DNA of 64,000 nt from Gracilinanus agilis (lineage: Eukaryota): assembly GCF_016433145.1 (NCBI RefSeq), contig NC_058134.1:68937232-69001231 (forward strand), in the 5' to 3' direction. Below, piece by piece: positions 63,883-64,000 of this stretch. The translations under genes and the position numbers were made by a program. Position 1 is the first letter of the stretch. Each line of letters begins with the position of its first letter. A model generated the notes under the pieces. That model did not search any database, was not told the origin of the DNA, and saw only the letters and a program-made list of their open reading frames with translations.

Positions 63883-64000
63883 AGGCACATAGTAGGTACT
63901 TAATTTTTTTAAAATTATACTTGTGGCTAGAGACCATTAGGCTTTACTTAAGTTACAATACAGAAACAGTATCTATGCAGCATAACACAAAGGTTTTTTT

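Larger units (their letters stand above)
17825..64000 (-). other. ODAD2: ODAD2 last intron (at least 46 kb, upstream exon outside window)
   Basis: No sequence encoding the expected penultimate exon (...CCMWGRNR...HENGAVK) was found by eye. The human last intron is also tens of kb (recalled). Confidence 0.75.

Noticed and set aside
1-64000. CRISPR arrays, operons, rRNA, intact ERV or viral ORFs
   Set aside because: None seen; the window is mammalian intronic and intergenic DNA.

Overview
Marsupial genomic DNA, most likely Monodelphis domestica: it carries young SINE1_Mdo-type tRNA/CORE SINEs with TSDs, MAR1, RTE and marsupial L1. It is AT-rich, CpG-poor and has three assembly gaps. The only convincing coding sequence is the 114-nt last coding exon of ODAD2/ARMC4 on the minus strand (17711-17824, [37 protein letters not shown]), which the ORF track misses. 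Its 3'UTR lies to the left. Everything from 17825 to 64000 appears to be its very large last intron, since I could not find the penultimate exon. Positions 1-17340 are intergenic, towards MKX by eutherian synteny (inferred, not seen). Roughly half the window is LINE, SINE or DNA-transposon fossil, or microsatellite, and nearly all track ORFs are spurious. The best leads are a CpG-retaining unique block at 49.4-50.8 kb, a ~260-bp local duplication bracketing a MAR1 SINE, candidate cryptic ODAD2 exons, and several informative retro/DNA-transposon insertion structures. I found no firm evidence of a new gene system. Repeat family names are by-eye recognition and most repeat boundaries are approximate.
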